A stretch of 64,000 nt of DNA from positions 256,001 to 320,000 of the forward strand of contig JBOEGD010000009.1 in NCBI GenBank assembly GCA_050633245.1. The letters run 5' to 3'. This DNA comes from Calditrichia bacterium. Lineage in GTDB: Bacteria > Calditrichota > Calditrichia > RBG-13-44-9 > J075. This document shows positions 10,165-19,664 of this stretch, in pieces. Below the pieces are notes generated by a model. That model saw nothing but the letters and a program-made list of their open reading frames with translations. It ran no database searches and had not been told where the DNA came from. Made by a program: the position numbers and the translations under genes. Numbering within the stretch: the stretch's first letter is position 1; each line of letters opens with the position of its first letter.

Positions 10165-11524
10165 CTCCGGGTGTTCTTACGACCGTTATTGTTTCTTCAA
10201 AGAGGGATCGTACAGACACCCCTGATATTATTATCGCCTCGGTCATGGCTGCCTTGAAATAAAAAAAAGTTAGCGTCTGGGTACCGGCATATACGGTGGC
10301 CTGAGTAAAGATACCTCCGATCCATGCTGCAAGCAGGCACCAGGCCAGCTGAGCCTCCAGGTCTTCTGGTGGTCGCTTAAGTGCAAACAGCAATAGCCGG
10401 ATAATCACCCAAATCATGGTTAGTAAGTACAGATAAAGCGTCATCATGCCGGCCGTGAGAGCAATAAAGAGGTATTCGTTGTCAATTGAGGCCTGGCCGT
10501 TTACCACCGGGAACGTGAACCTTCCCCAGCCAAACCAGTAGCGCTGCGCTACAACCTCAATGTAGTTGTCGAGCATTTCTTTGCGATAAGCCGCGTTCTC
10601 CTGGTCTTCATTTTTCGCCTCTGATCTCTTAATGGAAACGTATTCGACAAACTTGGGCACCACAACAACAAGTCCGGCTAAGAAACCTGCGAGTAAAATG
10701 CTCCCGACCAGAGCACGCTTTTTTGTCCAGCCAAATCCAATCAAGGCCATGGTGATCCCCAGCCCCATCATCGGAGCGCGAGAACCGGCAGTAATCACCC
10801 CGATAACGCAAAGGCCAAAGACAATTTTTGCAAATAACGGTTTGTTCGAAAGCGCCCATCCCTTGAAGAATGGGAAATTATTGCGCCAATACCAAAATGC
10901 CAGCGGCACCTGAATCGCATAGAAATAACCAGCACAGATAGGATGAGCAAAAGGCCCGGCAGCGCGCTTGAATCCATAGCGCGCCATAGTTCCGCCCCAG
11001 GGAACATTTCCCGGCCATACGTTTCGCAGATGCGTATCGAGATGATTGGTGTATAGTTTCCACTCAAAGAGCATAAAAAAGGTGATAATCGCCGAGAGCG
11101 TTATCGAAACCCGCAAGAGTTCCAATCGTCGCGCAGGACTCATAAAAATGCCCTTCATCATCAGATAGGGCAAAAAGCGTTTCAGGGCATCCACAAAAAG
11201 AATTTTTTGCGCATCTTTATATCCGGTAGCCTGAAACTGCGCCCAGAAGAAGCTGAGCAGCGTGCCGAAAATTATCAGGTCTAAATATGAGAATTTGTAA
11301 CCATCCATTTTTTCTACCAGTACCCACCAGGCAAAAATGGGTATAAAGGCAGAACTCCAGAATGACAATTCAGGAATACCGCTTATCAGCTTTGTTTCGT
11401 AATAGCTTGGAATGAACATAAAGATGGGTAAAAAATAGTAAATGAAAAGTTTCCTGGCATCATTCTGCTGAGTCAATAGGAAAATAGCGCCTATCATCGG
11501 TAGAACAGCGATCTTATCCATCAC
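10130..11524 (-). CDS. wzy: O-antigen ligase/Wzy-family polysaccharide polymerase
   Basis: About 12 hydrophobic segments; RAAGPFAHPI, TAGSRAP, FGWG...SIDNEYL periplasmic-loop motifs; adjacent to wzc/wza. Confidence 0.7.
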   Translation of the reverse strand: MMDKIAVLPMIGAIFLLTQQNDARKLFIYYFLPIFMFIPSYYETKLISGIPELSFWSSAFIPIFAWWVLVEKMDGYKFSYLDLIIFGTLLSFFWAQFQATGYKDAQKILFVDALKRFLPYLMMKGIFMSPARRLELLRVSITLSAIITFFMLFEWKLYTNHLDTHLRNVWPGNVPWGGTMARYGFKRAAGPFAHPICAGYFYAIQVPLAFWYWRNNFPFFKGWALSNKPLFAKIVFGLCVIGVITAGSRAPMMGLGITMALIGFGWTKKRALVGSILLAGFLAGLVVVVPKFVEYVSIKRSEAKNEDQENAAYRKEMLDNYIEVVAQRYWFGWGRFTFPVVNGQASIDNEYLFIALTAGMMTLYLYLLTMIWVIIRLLLFALKRPPEDLEAQLAWCLLAAWIGGIFTQATVYAGTQTLTFFYFKAAMTEAIIISGVSVRSLFEETITVVRTPGVGYGYQFSRTL

Positions 11525-13757
11525 TATCTCCCCTGTTGCGAAAGACTTTGGAGTCCTTCACCAAACGGGCATCCGAACTATTCCGCTTTCTGTAATGGCG
11601 CCATATGTTGATACTTTGACGGAGTTTTTCTAATCCTCTCGGAGGCAAGCTTTTACCATAAAATTCCAGCATTAAACTATGATAGTAGCCGCGTTCCAGA
11701 ACACGTACTTTATTAACAACCATAGAAAGGGCACGAACTTTCAGGCGTTCCAACAGGTTTACAGCTCGAAAAATTTCCGGCCATTGAGTTTTATTTGCCT
11801 CTACTATAACCACAACGACATCCCCCATCATGGCCAACTTATTTGCCTGCGAGCTTAGTAAAAGCGGTGGACAGTCCAAAAAGATATAATCAAACTCTTC
11901 CCTGAGCTCCAAAATAAGATTCTTAAAGTTTTGAAAATTAATGACCTGCGAATTATCTTCAGTGTGCGTTCCAAGCGGTAAAATGCCCATTGGAAAACCC
12001 AGATCATAGTGTACGTATTCTCGAAAACCGCCAGGATTCGCCATCCAATCACTAATTCCCGGTTCACCTTTCAGCTCTATCAGCTTCTCAGATAGCGGAA
12101 CACGGTCATTCATATCGATATATAGTTTTCGCTCCGGAGCTGCATCCAGGCTGGCAAGCACGTTCAGTGCAATCGTGGAGGTTCCCTCCGCCTGCTTAAC
12201 GGCCATCAAACTAAATACGGTAGAATTGTGGTCCTGCTTGTCTTTGGCAAAATGGACAGACAACTTGTGGATGAGCTCATAGAGGTAGGATTTATGATGA
12301 GTACCAAAAACCCGATACATATCCTTCGCAGGTATGTTATCATCGTCACAGTGCAGCACGAAACCGGTGGCGGGAAAACCGAATGCTTTTTGAATATCCG
12401 AAGGACGCTTTAATGTCTTATCCATAAAGGTTCGTGCAAGAGCAATACTCACTCCGAAAAACAGCCAAACGATGAAGCCAAAGCCGAATTTCTTAACCGG
12501 ACTAACCGGATCCGGTCCGGCAGGTGGAAGCGCCCAGGACTGTACAAAAATCCGTCCCGGGTTATTCGATTCAATCGTTATTTGTTCAATGCGTTCACTT
12601 AAACGTGTTATCACATCTTCGATGCGTTCGATTTCGTTTCTCTTGGTTGCGGCTCGTAACACCGCTGCATTAAACTCCAGAATTTCTTGTTCCTTTTTCG
12701 CCAGCTCACGCTTCACACCGGCTTGATCCTCCTTAGCTGCATGAAATTCTGTCCGAAATGTTTCTATTTCAATTGATAACTCACTAACCATTTTGCGGGC
12801 AATCAGATCCAGCTTTGTCTGCTGAATATGGTTAAGCAGGCTATCCATAATCGCGTATTCCCGTGAGCCAACCTCCAGACCAATCATGCGAGTGCGCAAT
12901 TCATCCTCCTGCTTCTGCAGGAGCTCGGATCCTTCGAGTCCGCTAATATCCAGGTCAAGCAATCGCATGCGTTGTTCCTGAAGTGCTTTAAAACGATTTT
13001 CCGAGCGAATTCGGTTAAGAACCACATCATTATAAGCGCCCTTTAGCGAGGCTAAAGACTGAAGGTAGACTCCGTAGTTTTGTGGATCGACAATCGCTGC
13101 GCCATATTTTGCAGAGACCATTTCGAGCTCTAAATAACTCTCTTCAAGAAGTTGCTCGTAGCGATCTTCTTCTTTTTTGAGGTACTCCAACTTTTTGAAA
13201 TCTTCATCAACACGCACGCGGTTTCGAAAAGCGATATACGTTTCAATGATAATATTGATAAGCCGGGCCACGCCTTCACGATCATCAGAGATCAAACTAA
13301 AATTGAGGATTTGAGTATCTCTGGCCTGGTTTAAGATCAATACGCTTTTCAAGCGATCCATAGAGGTTTTAAACGCCTCATTTGAACGCTGCCAGCGAAA
13401 GCCTTCGTTTTCGTACTTGCGAATCGCCTCCTCCATAATAGGATAACTTTTGATAACGGTATTCTGAGTTTTCATCCAGGCACTAAACGAATCTAACATA
13501 CGAGCTCGTTCACTGGGATAAAGAAGCTGAGGCAATTGCGCCTCGAAGAGAATTGTTCCTTCAGAGCTGTACATCGGCTTTGATTTTCGGCCGGCAAGCA
13601 ATATGCCGGAAATCACGCCAAGCAAAACAGCGAGCAGCAGTAACCATCGATGATTATATAAACCACCGAGTATATCGACCGGGGTCGATGTTTTCCTTTT
13701 TTCCTGCGAATTGTCTTCCACTGACGAGAATTCCATTTTCGATAAAACCGGTTCCAT
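11514..13757 (-). CDS. wzc: Polysaccharide co-polymerase, Wzc/GumC family, degenerate kinase domain
   Basis: Two TM helices flanking a long coiled coil, Pro-rich PPAGPDPVSP motif, cytoplasmic domain with AEGTST (Walker A lacking Lys), YIDMNDR and YIFLDCPP. Confidence 0.8.
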   Translation of the reverse strand: MEPVLSKMEFSSVEDNSQEKRKTSTPVDILGGLYNHRWLLLLAVLLGVISGILLAGRKSKPMYSSEGTILFEAQLPQLLYPSERARMLDSFSAWMKTQNTVIKSYPIMEEAIRKYENEGFRWQRSNEAFKTSMDRLKSVLILNQARDTQILNFSLISDDREGVARLINIIIETYIAFRNRVRVDEDFKKLEYLKKEEDRYEQLLEESYLELEMVSAKYGAAIVDPQNYGVYLQSLASLKGAYNDVVLNRIRSENRFKALQEQRMRLLDLDISGLEGSELLQKQEDELRTRMIGLEVGSREYAIMDSLLNHIQQTKLDLIARKMVSELSIEIETFRTEFHAAKEDQAGVKRELAKKEQEILEFNAAVLRAATKRNEIERIEDVITRLSERIEQITIESNNPGRIFVQSWALPPAGPDPVSPVKKFGFGFIVWLFFGVSIALARTFMDKTLKRPSDIQKAFGFPATGFVLHCDDDNIPAKDMYRVFGTHHKSYLYELIHKLSVHFAKDKQDHNSTVFSLMAVKQAEGTSTIALNVLASLDAAPERKLYIDMNDRVPLSEKLIELKGEPGISDWMANPGGFREYVHYDLGFPMGILPLGTHTEDNSQVINFQNFKNLILELREEFDYIFLDCPPLLLSSQANKLAMMGDVVVVIVEANKTQWPEIFRAVNLLERLKVRALSMVVNKVRVLERGYYHSLMLEFYGKSLPPRGLEKLRQSINIWRHYRKRNSSDARLVKDSKVFRNRGDSDG

Positions 13758-13786
13758 CCTGTGAACCTGTTCAGCAGTACTTCAGG

Positions 13787-14524
13787 TCAATTATCTGATT
13801 TTGCAAGAGAATTGACCAGCAGCGTAGCCAAGATAACCGCGTTCATCAACGGGGTTATTTTATTTAGCGAACCGAGCAGTATGGAACTGCGCGATCGAGG
13901 TACATAAATAACATCCTGTCGGCGTATAATATAATTTTGTTCAAAATTGGCGTTCGAGGTGATCTCTTTTAGGTTCACTGAATAAACGCCGCCTGGCAAA
14001 TCACGATTACGAGACAAACGAATGCGGGAAACAGCTGCATCGTCAGTAAATCCACCCGCTAAACCAATGGCAGTCATTAATGAAACCTGATTCCGTATCG
14101 GATAGGTGCCGGGATTTCTAACCTCGCCCAAAACGACAAACATTTCATTCTTCTGATACTCGCGGATTTTTAACAACAGGCTAACGGGACTGTATATTTC
14201 ACTTAGTGCTTCTTTAAGCGCTTTTTCAGCTTCAAGACGGTTTAAATCCGCAATCTTAACATTTCCCGCGATCGGCAAACCGATTGTCCCATCAGGACTA
14301 ATGATATAGTCGCCTGACAGCTCCTGCCGTTGATAGACGATCAATGCTACAACGTCTCCCGCTCCGAGCAAATATTCATCTGAATAGATGCCGGTATCCG
14401 CCTGGTGAATTGCAGGAAGCGTACTGCCGCAACCGCACAACATAAAAGCCATGCTCACATATACAAGCAGATACGCTTTTGTTAGCCATTGAATACGCCC
14501 TGACGTCATCAACAATCCTTTCAA
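13787..14524 (-). CDS. wza: Polysaccharide export lipoprotein, Wza family
   Basis: Lipobox-like FMLCGC; YLLGAGDVV, PDGTIGLPIAG, VLGEVRNPGTY, AIGLAGGFT (SLBB). Confidence 0.9.
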   Translation of the reverse strand: MKGLLMTSGRIQWLTKAYLLVYVSMAFMLCGCGSTLPAIHQADTGIYSDEYLLGAGDVVALIVYQRQELSGDYIISPDGTIGLPIAGNVKIADLNRLEAEKALKEALSEIYSPVSLLLKIREYQKNEMFVVLGEVRNPGTYPIRNQVSLMTAIGLAGGFTDDAAVSRIRLSRNRDLPGGVYSVNLKEITSNANFEQNYIIRRQDVIYVPRSRSSILLGSLNKITPLMNAVILATLLVNSLAKSDN

Positions 14525-14620
14525 TTTATCGCACTAAGCCTTATACACGATAGTGCTGTAATCTTTCATTATTTTTCACCGACTAGGCTTACTTTGCACT
14601 ATTTAGGATATATGCAACAA

Positions 14621-15013
14621 TTACAAAACGCTTGTTTCACCCTTTTTATGTGACGATTCAACACCTTCTTTTTGTACTGCTTTCATCTTCTTTATCCCTT
14701 GCTCACGATTACTGAGAATATCGAACAGCAGGTGGTAACGCGTCAATTCAAGCACACTCTGAACGGCGTCATTTAGTCCAAAAACCTTTATCTCTCCACC
14801 TTTGGAGTTCACTAACTTAAGCAAGCTCACCATGGCCCCCAGACCAGAACTGTCTATTAATTCGATCGCATTAAAATCAATCAAAATAAAGTGATTACCT
14901 TCGTGGATAAGCTCGATAAGCTTCTTCTTAAACGACGGGACCACCAGGGCATCCAGCCGGCCTTCACATTCAATGACTAACACATCCTCAGTCACATGTG
15001 TATTTACAATCAT
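14621..15013 (-). CDS. STAS-domain anti-sigma-factor antagonist
   Basis: EGRLDA, IDSSGLGAMV (phosphorylatable Ser motif); RBS AAGGAG upstream. Confidence 0.9.
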   Translation of the reverse strand: MIVNTHVTEDVLVIECEGRLDALVVPSFKKKLIELIHEGNHFILIDFNAIELIDSSGLGAMVSLLKLVNSKGGEIKVFGLNDAVQSVLELTRYHLLFDILSNREQGIKKMKAVQKEGVESSHKKGETSVL

Positions 15014-15315
15014 GACAGGCTCCTTAGCTCTGAGTTTGCTATTGTCGTTGTGATTAAAATCGGAGGAAAATGCTGAAAAATTAGAAAATATTTGTTAACG
15101 AGAGGATGGAATCATTGGTAGTTGCGCTGGTCGGATGATAATTATGCCAGACATACTCAATAGAGCATCCCGGGATATCGCGATCAAGCGATTGGTCTAT
15201 GATGTGCCTATTTTCAGGCAACGTAGGTTTCTGCAGACAAAAAGATTATAGAATATATTGCATCCCACCATTGCAAAATGCGCAGGCAGGATACAATTAG
15301 CTCACATGAAGTGGC

Positions 15316-17781
15316 TTATTTAACTGCTTTTACGTCCCAGATATCTTTGGCGTATTCCTCAATGGTGCGATCACTGGAGAACTTACCAATGCGTGCGACA
15401 TTCAGAATTGCCTTTCGCGCCCAAACTGAGCGATCCTGAAACTCAATGGACACGCTTTCCTGAGCAGCGATATAGCTTTCAAAATCAGCCAGGTGAAAAT
15501 AGGAATCATTCGGGCTGAGAAGTTTATCAGTTATCCAGTCAAATAAACCGGGTTCATCCGAACAAAACAATCCGCTTCGGAATGAATCGACGACTCGCCG
15601 CACCTTATTCGAGCGATCGTAGATCTCACGCGGACTATAACTCTGAGCTTTTTCCAGATCAATAATTTCATGTGCTTTAAGACCAAAGATGAAGATATTG
15701 TCTTCACCTACTTCTTCACGAATCTCGACATTTGCTCCATCCAGCGTTCCGATAGTTAACGCGCCATTTAAAGCGAACTTCATATTTCCGGTTCCAGATG
15801 CTTCCATTCCGGCGGTAGAAATTTGCTCACTAACATCTGCAGCAGGAAAAAGATGTTCCGCCAACGATACGCGGTAATCTGGCAGAAAGACGACTTTCAG
15901 CTGTTCTCCTACACGTTGATCGCTGTTGATTAAACGGCCAACATTATTAATCAACTTTATAATCTGCTTTGCCGCCCAATATCCGGGTGCAGCTTTTCCG
16001 GCAAAGATATAAGTTCGCGGTGTAGTAAGAGACTGTCCATCTTCAACAATGCAGAAGTACTGATGAATAATGTGCATCACGTTTAGCAGCTGACGTTTGT
16101 ATTCGTGTATACGCTTTATTTGAATGTCAAATAAAGAATTGGGGTTCACAGTTATTCGATTCGTCTCACGGATAATCTTCGCAAGGCGCTGTTTATTCGC
16201 AAACTTTATATCCATGAAATCGCGCTGGAAGGTTTCGTATTCAGCGAACGGCTCAAGTCCCTTTATCTTGTCCAGATTGGTAATCCACTCAGGGCCAATG
16301 GTATCGCTAATCAGGGCCGATAAGCCGGGATTGGAGCGCAGAAGCCAGCGACGCTGAGTTACGCCATTGGTTTTATTGTTGAACTTCTCCGGCCACATTT
16401 GATAAAAATCCGGCACCAAATTCGTTGTTACCAACTTTGAGTGAAGTGCGGCAACGCCATTAACCGAATGGCTGCCAACAATGGATAGATATGCCATGCG
16501 CACCTGGCGATTGTCACCCTCTTCTATGATAGACATTCGGGCAATCCGATCTTCATCATAGGGAAAAGTGGCACGAACCTCATCCAGAAAGCGGCGATTA
16601 ATTTCATAGATAATTTGCATGTGTCTTGGCACAACCCGTTCAACTAAATGAACGGACCACTTTTCTAACGCTTCAGGTAACAATGTATGATTGGTATAGC
16701 CAAATGTTTGGGTGGAAATAGCCCAGGCCTCTTCCCACTGCAAACTATGCTCATCGACAAGAATGCGCATAAGTTCAGCAACAGCAAGTGCCGGATGCGT
16801 ATCATTCAGCTGAATTGCAACGCTCTTATGTAAATTGGAGATATCGTCATTCTCGCGCAGATAGCGTCGAAGAATGTCTCGCAGTGAACACGCTACCAGG
16901 AAGTATTCCTGAATAAGCCGCAGCTCTTTCCCGGAATCGATAGCATCTGAAGGGTAGAGCACCTTCGATACCGTTTCGCTGATAATTTTCTGCTCTACCG
17001 CTTTAATATAGTCACCGCCATTAAAAATGGTCATATTGAAATCATCGGATGATCGCGCACTGTAGAGACGCAGATAGTTAACCGTATCTCCACCGAAACC
17101 GGCAATCGGCATATCATAAGGTATGCCAATCAGCAGTTCCCAACCCATCCACATTGGATTATAATTGCCATGGGTATCTTCTGAATGCTCTACGTGGCCA
17201 AAGACAGGAATTGCGCAAAGTTCATCCGGACGAGCGATTTCCCAGGGAGTGCCGCCCTGCATCCAATGATCCGGGTATTCTTTTTGATAGCCATTGTGAA
17301 TTTTCTGACGAAACAAACCATATTCGTAATTAATTCCATAACCGAAACCTGGAATATTTAGCGTGGCAAGTGAATCCAGAAAACAGGCAGCCAATCGACC
17401 GAGCCCACCATTCCCAAGTGCAGCATCGGATTCATTACTCGCCACTTCTTCCAGCTCTAATCCCAGGTCTTCCGAGGCTTCTTTAAAGAGATCGTAAAGC
17501 TCAAGATTTATCAAATTGTTTCCGAGTGCCCGACCCATTAGGAATTCCATGGAAAGATAGTAAACGCGTTTGCTATTGTTCCGTGAATAGCGATCTTCCG
17601 TTTCTTTCATGGCATCGATAAGATATTCTCGAACTGCCAGAGCCACGGCCTTGAATTTTTCTTTATCAGAAAGTTCTTCCCAACTTTTTCCCAACGAATA
17701 CTTTGCGTGATAGCGAATGGTAGAACGAATCTCATCAGCTTTTTTGCGTTTTCTTTTTGCGACCTGTCGCTTCATATTCAA
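15316..17781 (-). CDS. glgP: Glycogen/alpha-glucan phosphorylase
   Basis: YYLSMEFLMGR, LGNGGLGRLAACF, QLNDTHP, KRIHEYKRQ, EASGTGNMKF (PLP Lys), GTLDGANVE. Confidence 0.97.
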   Translation of the reverse strand: MNMKRQVAKRKRKKADEIRSTIRYHAKYSLGKSWEELSDKEKFKAVALAVREYLIDAMKETEDRYSRNNSKRVYYLSMEFLMGRALGNNLINLELYDLFKEASEDLGLELEEVASNESDAALGNGGLGRLAACFLDSLATLNIPGFGYGINYEYGLFRQKIHNGYQKEYPDHWMQGGTPWEIARPDELCAIPVFGHVEHSEDTHGNYNPMWMGWELLIGIPYDMPIAGFGGDTVNYLRLYSARSSDDFNMTIFNGGDYIKAVEQKIISETVSKVLYPSDAIDSGKELRLIQEYFLVACSLRDILRRYLRENDDISNLHKSVAIQLNDTHPALAVAELMRILVDEHSLQWEEAWAISTQTFGYTNHTLLPEALEKWSVHLVERVVPRHMQIIYEINRRFLDEVRATFPYDEDRIARMSIIEEGDNRQVRMAYLSIVGSHSVNGVAALHSKLVTTNLVPDFYQMWPEKFNNKTNGVTQRRWLLRSNPGLSALISDTIGPEWITNLDKIKGLEPFAEYETFQRDFMDIKFANKQRLAKIIRETNRITVNPNSLFDIQIKRIHEYKRQLLNVMHIIHQYFCIVEDGQSLTTPRTYIFAGKAAPGYWAAKQIIKLINNVGRLINSDQRVGEQLKVVFLPDYRVSLAEHLFPAADVSEQISTAGMEASGTGNMKFALNGALTIGTLDGANVEIREEVGEDNIFIFGLKAHEIIDLEKAQSYSPREIYDRSNKVRRVVDSFRSGLFCSDEPGLFDWITDKLLSPNDSYFHLADFESYIAAQESVSIEFQDRSVWARKAILNVARIGKFSSDRTIEEYAKDIWDVKAVK

Positions 17782-17792
17782 TATCCTTTTGG

Positions 17793-18488
17793 CTAGTGCA
17801 GCTCTCCATTGAAAGCTATGGTTAGCATGTCTTCAATTTTTCCGAAACGCCGTTCGTAATCCTGTTGACTCCGACGAATAACTTCATGCGCTTCATCGCG
17901 CCCATACACATGAGTAATTTCGCACTGGCTTTTTTCAGTGCCGGGAACATCTTTGTAGGTTAAGAAATAGTGTCGGAGACGGTCAATCACTTGTTTAGCG
18001 CAATCTTCAATATCTCGCCATTGACCATAAACTGCATCATCTTTCAAGACCGCAATTATCTTGTCATCCGCTTCTTCGCCATCGAGCATTCGCAGCCCGC
18101 CAATCGGAATGGCCTGAACCAGCAAATCTCCGTGTGAAACGTCCTTTTCAGTCAGGACGCAGATATCGAGTGGATCATCATCACCAACAATTCCGTCTCT
18201 TCCGGTTTTTTCCATCGAGAGTTCGGCAACCTTCTCGGCGCAATAGGTGCGCGGAAGAAGTCCATATAGCGCGGGGCAAGTGTTACTGTATTTCTGCGGT
18301 CTGTCTATCATCAAATGACCGGTAATCTTGTCAATCTCATATTTTACCGTATCGGTCGGAACGACCTCGATGTAGGCCGTAACCACATCCGGTGCATCTT
18401 TTCCCAACCGCACACCATGCCAGGGGTGGCTTTTAAAAAGGATCCCCATCAGCTCCCATACCGGATCACCCAGAATACCTTTATCCAT
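17793..18488 (-). CDS. ppa: Soluble inorganic pyrophosphatase, family I
   Basis: HPWHG, KYEIDK, YGLLPRT, GDDDPLDICVL, EADDKIIAV. Confidence 0.95.
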   Translation of the reverse strand: MDKGILGDPVWELMGILFKSHPWHGVRLGKDAPDVVTAYIEVVPTDTVKYEIDKITGHLMIDRPQKYSNTCPALYGLLPRTYCAEKVAELSMEKTGRDGIVGDDDPLDICVLTEKDVSHGDLLVQAIPIGGLRMLDGEEADDKIIAVLKDDAVYGQWRDIEDCAKQVIDRLRHYFLTYKDVPGTEKSQCEITHVYGRDEAHEVIRRSQQDYERRFGKIEDMLTIAFNGELH

Positions 18489-18679
18489 ATTGAAATCCCT
18501 TCGCCAACCCCGTTTTATTGCGGGCTGAAATTTCTATTCTCAACACTACTTCGCTTAAGACTTCCCTAAGTACTGCGTGCTAAAAGGCCTGCCATCCATT
18601 TTTTATGCATAGCCTCAGGGCAAAATAAGTTCGTATTTTGATTCCGTGATGGACTGATATTGATTTTAGCGAATTGCAC

Positions 18680-19150
18680 TTAAGCATGTTGAGCAGAACT
18701 TTTGCCAACTGCCGGTTTACGCCCTTCATGAAAAAAACGCACCAAACGAAGTGTATTTCTCCCGCGAATATGCCCATACGTTACCTCATCCATAACGTCA
18801 TGCATAATAAATAAACCCATCCCGCCTTCTGGAACCTGATCAAGATCTTCAACATCGTAATCCAGATTGGGTACGTCACGCATTTCCATTACACTTCCAG
18901 TATCACAAATATCAAACGTAATATGACTGATACCAATGTGCACCTCAACCTCAACAGTATTTCCGGAGGCACTACCATAGGCATGTTTAATTGCGTTATT
19001 ACAGGCTTCAACGACACACAATTCAGCCTGGTACGCCTCAACCTCGGATAATGGCGTTAATGAACACATACGATTGATGGCTGTTCCAACAAGCGGAACG
19101 TTCTCAAGATTGCTGTTAATAGACAATACAATATGTCTTAATGATGCCAT
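18680..19150 (-). CDS. Anti-sigma factor / Ser-Thr kinase (RsbW/SpoIIAB family)
   Basis: ELCVVEACNNAIKHAY, ICDTG, EGGMGLFIMHDVMDEV. Confidence 0.92.
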   Translation of the reverse strand: MASLRHIVLSINSNLENVPLVGTAINRMCSLTPLSEVEAYQAELCVVEACNNAIKHAYGSASGNTVEVEVHIGISHITFDICDTGSVMEMRDVPNLDYDVEDLDQVPEGGMGLFIMHDVMDEVTYGHIRGRNTLRLVRFFHEGRKPAVGKSSAQHA

Positions 19151-19260
19151 GCCAACTCCCTTCCAACTATTGTAATAAAGCCAGTGGCTGCATAAGAATG
19201 AACGCTTCCGGAAGGCAAATCGACCTTTCGGATGGCAATGTTAAAATAATTTGGGGGTAA

Positions 19261-19599
19261 TTAGTTAGACAACGCGTCTACAGCACCATCCATGTCAGGA
19301 AACATGCGAAATACCTTATCCATACGCGTTAGTTTGAAAAGGTTTTTTACAGAATCCTGCGTTCCACAAATGGCCATGTCACCTTTGCGACCAAGCATCT
19401 TCAAGCTGGAAACGATAGCACCAAGACCACTACTATCGATAAAGTTCACCTGATTCAGTGCAATAACAATCGAGTGATTTCCCTTATCAATAAGTTTATT
19501 CATCTGATCTTTAAACTGAACGGCAACCTTGGCATCAAGGCGTTGATCGAGAACTTCTACGACCAGCACATCGCCAATTTTTTTTTCTTCAAGTAACAT
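19261..19599 (-). CDS. STAS-domain anti-sigma-factor antagonist (RsbV-like)
   Basis: RLDA, FIDSSGLGAIV, LFKLTRMDKVF; start moved to ATG 19599 behind AGGAGA RBS. Confidence 0.92.
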   Translation of the reverse strand: MLLEEKKIGDVLVVEVLDQRLDAKVAVQFKDQMNKLIDKGNHSIVIALNQVNFIDSSGLGAIVSSLKMLGRKGDMAICGTQDSVKNLFKLTRMDKVFRMFPDMDGAVDALSN

Positions 19600-19664
19600 A
19601 TTTTTCTCCTTAAGTTCTATACTCTTTATGTTTCTGGCCGCAACAATACGACGCTTTATATCGA

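Noticed and set aside
19578-19586. A9 homopolymer in the STAS gene as a phase-variation or frameshift site
   Set aside because: Encodes Glu-Lys-Lys-Ile in an intact frame; such runs are expected by chance here and no second frame is needed.
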